From Macrostomum lignano (taxonomy: Eukaryota): a stretch of DNA of 64,000 bases. Of this stretch, positions 61,696 through 64,000 are shown piece after piece. The notes under the pieces were generated by a model, which was not told the DNA's origin, ran no database searches, and saw only the letters and a list, made by a program, of their open reading frames with translations. The translations under genes were made by a program, and so were the position numbers. The stretch's first letter is position 1; each line of letters begins with the position of its first letter. The stretch is from contig NIVC01000016.1 in the NCBI GenBank assembly GCA_002269645.1, forward strand, positions 496,001 through 560,000, given 5' to 3'.

Positions 61696-62475
61696 TCTCT
61701 TCCGACTCTTCATGCATCTTCCTGACTCTCCTTCGATCTCTTCTACAGCAGACTTCCAACATCGCAGTCCAAACAGCGGGGAACTGAAAGCGCCGGCGGG
61801 GGCCCCCAGCCGTTAGTAGCTGCATCTGCCATGCTGCATCAGGGAGTCTGGGGCCGAGGCGGCGGGCAGGCACGCATTTATCTTACTCATCCGCCATGGT
61901 TGTGAGGCTTTTTCAGTGAGGATTCTAAGCCAAGGGCGGGCCAGAGCAGCGAGTGAAGCATAAATTTTGCATTTCCCAGCCCTGAGATCCTCTTTCTGCG
62001 GCCTCTGGTCCCTACCCCCCCCCCGCTATCTCCATCCACTACGGGGCGGAATCCATTAGCAATTGCCGCTATATTTTTTGCGGCCAGAAATTCTCAACAA
62101 TATCCACCCCCTCTCTTTTGCAAGAGGGCAAAATGTTGTGACAAAAACAGCCGAGCCAAAACAGACGGAACTGTGGCGAGGGGGGGGGGGGTTCGCCAGA
62201 ATCCACCTTGGACCCGAAATAGTTCCCAAATGCCTCGATTTGGAATCCGCTGGTTGGACTTTTATGAAAAAACCGAGTGAGCTCGAGGATTTTCAAAAGG
62301 GGAAAAATTGATGAACTGGGCGGGGACCGCGACTTTCTCGCCTGGGGGGATCTTCGATTGGGAAAACTGTTTTGAGATAAATAAACTGACTATCGGACTG
62401 GTGAAGAGAGGAAACTGGGTGCGGTCGGTTGGGAGTCTTGATTAGTGCAGCTTTTGTCTGACCTGCCGGTTGCCG

Positions 62476-62890
<415 letters not shown>

Positions 62891-63674
62891 CTGCATGAAT
62901 AAACACATGGCACTCGACACACAAGCCAGCAGTCGCCCATGCATTCAGATATTCCCCACTAAAAGTGCATCTCCAATTTCCCACTCCGCCCCCCTTCCGA
63001 TGGCTCATCGATAGCGCCTCCATCGATGCCGCCTCCTCTCCTCCTGTTATCCCAAGATCGCGAGGCCAAGCTGCCCCTCTGAGTCCTGTGAAATCGCAAA
63101 CCCGTGACCGAGCAGCAACCGGGAGTTGCTACGCGGCTGTCCTGAGAAGGCCCGCTGGCATTCGATGAACAGATAAAACTGATGGCTGATACAGAAAGCT
63201 CAGCCAGCCAGTCAGTTTTAACGTATTCGACCTCTTTGAGTTAAAAGAAATTGCAAAAAGAGGCGTTCATGCCATTGATCGAAAGAACACTCGCGGCTGA
63301 AGACAGGAAAAATTGCTGGCAAAAGTGGACCTGTTGCTTCTGCTGCTAAAAAGCAATGGCAATCATGCAGAAAACATGCTATTCTTGCAGTTGCGACTTT
63401 GCTGAACAGCATTTGGACACCTTAATTTGGGCAATCAGCAGCCCCAGGCCTGCAGGGAAGAGGGGAGCTGGGGGCCCTCCAGGCTGACTGGCAGATGGAG
63501 ACCAGAACGGAGAGGTCAGGGGCGCCAACACCTGCCGCTGATCGCCTTCTGTTACTGGGGGCAATAAATGATGCCTGTCTGACATGGATCGCCAACAGGA
63601 GTCTGAAATCCTGCAGAACATGTGTAGAGGGAGATCAAGGATCAAGGGGCGAGAAGGAAAGGTGTGAGAGATGA

Positions 63675-64000
63675 GGGGGAGAGAGGATAGAGAGGCAGGG
63701 AGAGAGGCAGGGAGAGAGGCAGGGAGAGAGGCAGGGAGAGAGGCAGGGAGAGAGGCAGGGAGAGAGGCAGGGAGAGAGACAGGGAGAGAGGCAGGGAGAG
63801 AGGCAGGGAGAGAGGCAGGAAGAGAGGCAGGGAGAGAGGCAGGGAGAGAGGCAGGGAGAGAGGCAGGGAGAGAGGCAGGGAGAGAGGCAGAGAGAGAGGC
63901 AGGAAGAAAGGCAGGGAGAGAGGCAGGGAGAGAGGCAGGGAGAGAGGCAGAGAGAGAGGCAGGAAGAAAGGCAGGGAGAGAGGCAGGGAGAGAGGCAGGG
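63675..64000. repeat. 12-bp repeat (GCAGGGAGAGAG)n running off the window end
   Basis: Direct inspection. Confidence 0.92.

Overview
Animal genomic DNA with spliced GT-AG genes, GC-rich exons, and introns packed with mini- and microsatellites. The architecture resembles the flatworm Macrostomum, but that is an inference, not a database result. Most long ORFs in the supplied track are artefacts of tandem repeats. Genes reconstructed by hand: a FLYWCH+MULE (Mutator-like) transposase (-, 2051-3694); katanin p80 KATNB1 (+, 8522-14694, first exon not found); COP9 signalosome subunit 7 (+, 23095-25045, first exon not found); a DNase II (-, 28044-31410); tRNA-Lys(CTT); an orphan spliced ORF; four neuropeptide precursor genes; and a GPI-anchored GFRalpha/Gfrl-like gene with four GDNF/GAS1-type domains (-, 50003-59787, 5' incomplete). 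Two results stand out. (1) A four-gene NPY/NPF-like cluster (34.5-45.6 kb) that the ORF track hides, because each amidation site sits on a 10-13 nt terminal coding segment. Two convergent genes encode ...W[LI]LYQRPRF-amide. Two tandem genes encode ...FLxxRIRM-amide. All four share a phase-2 intron in the penultimate Arg codon. (2) The DNase II splices onto a third exon that adds a transmembrane helix and a C-terminal YRIL (YxxPhi) motif, predicting a membrane-tethered lysosomal nuclease. The window also holds a mariner deletion derivative nested in a palindromic element, and sharply bounded CpG deserts.
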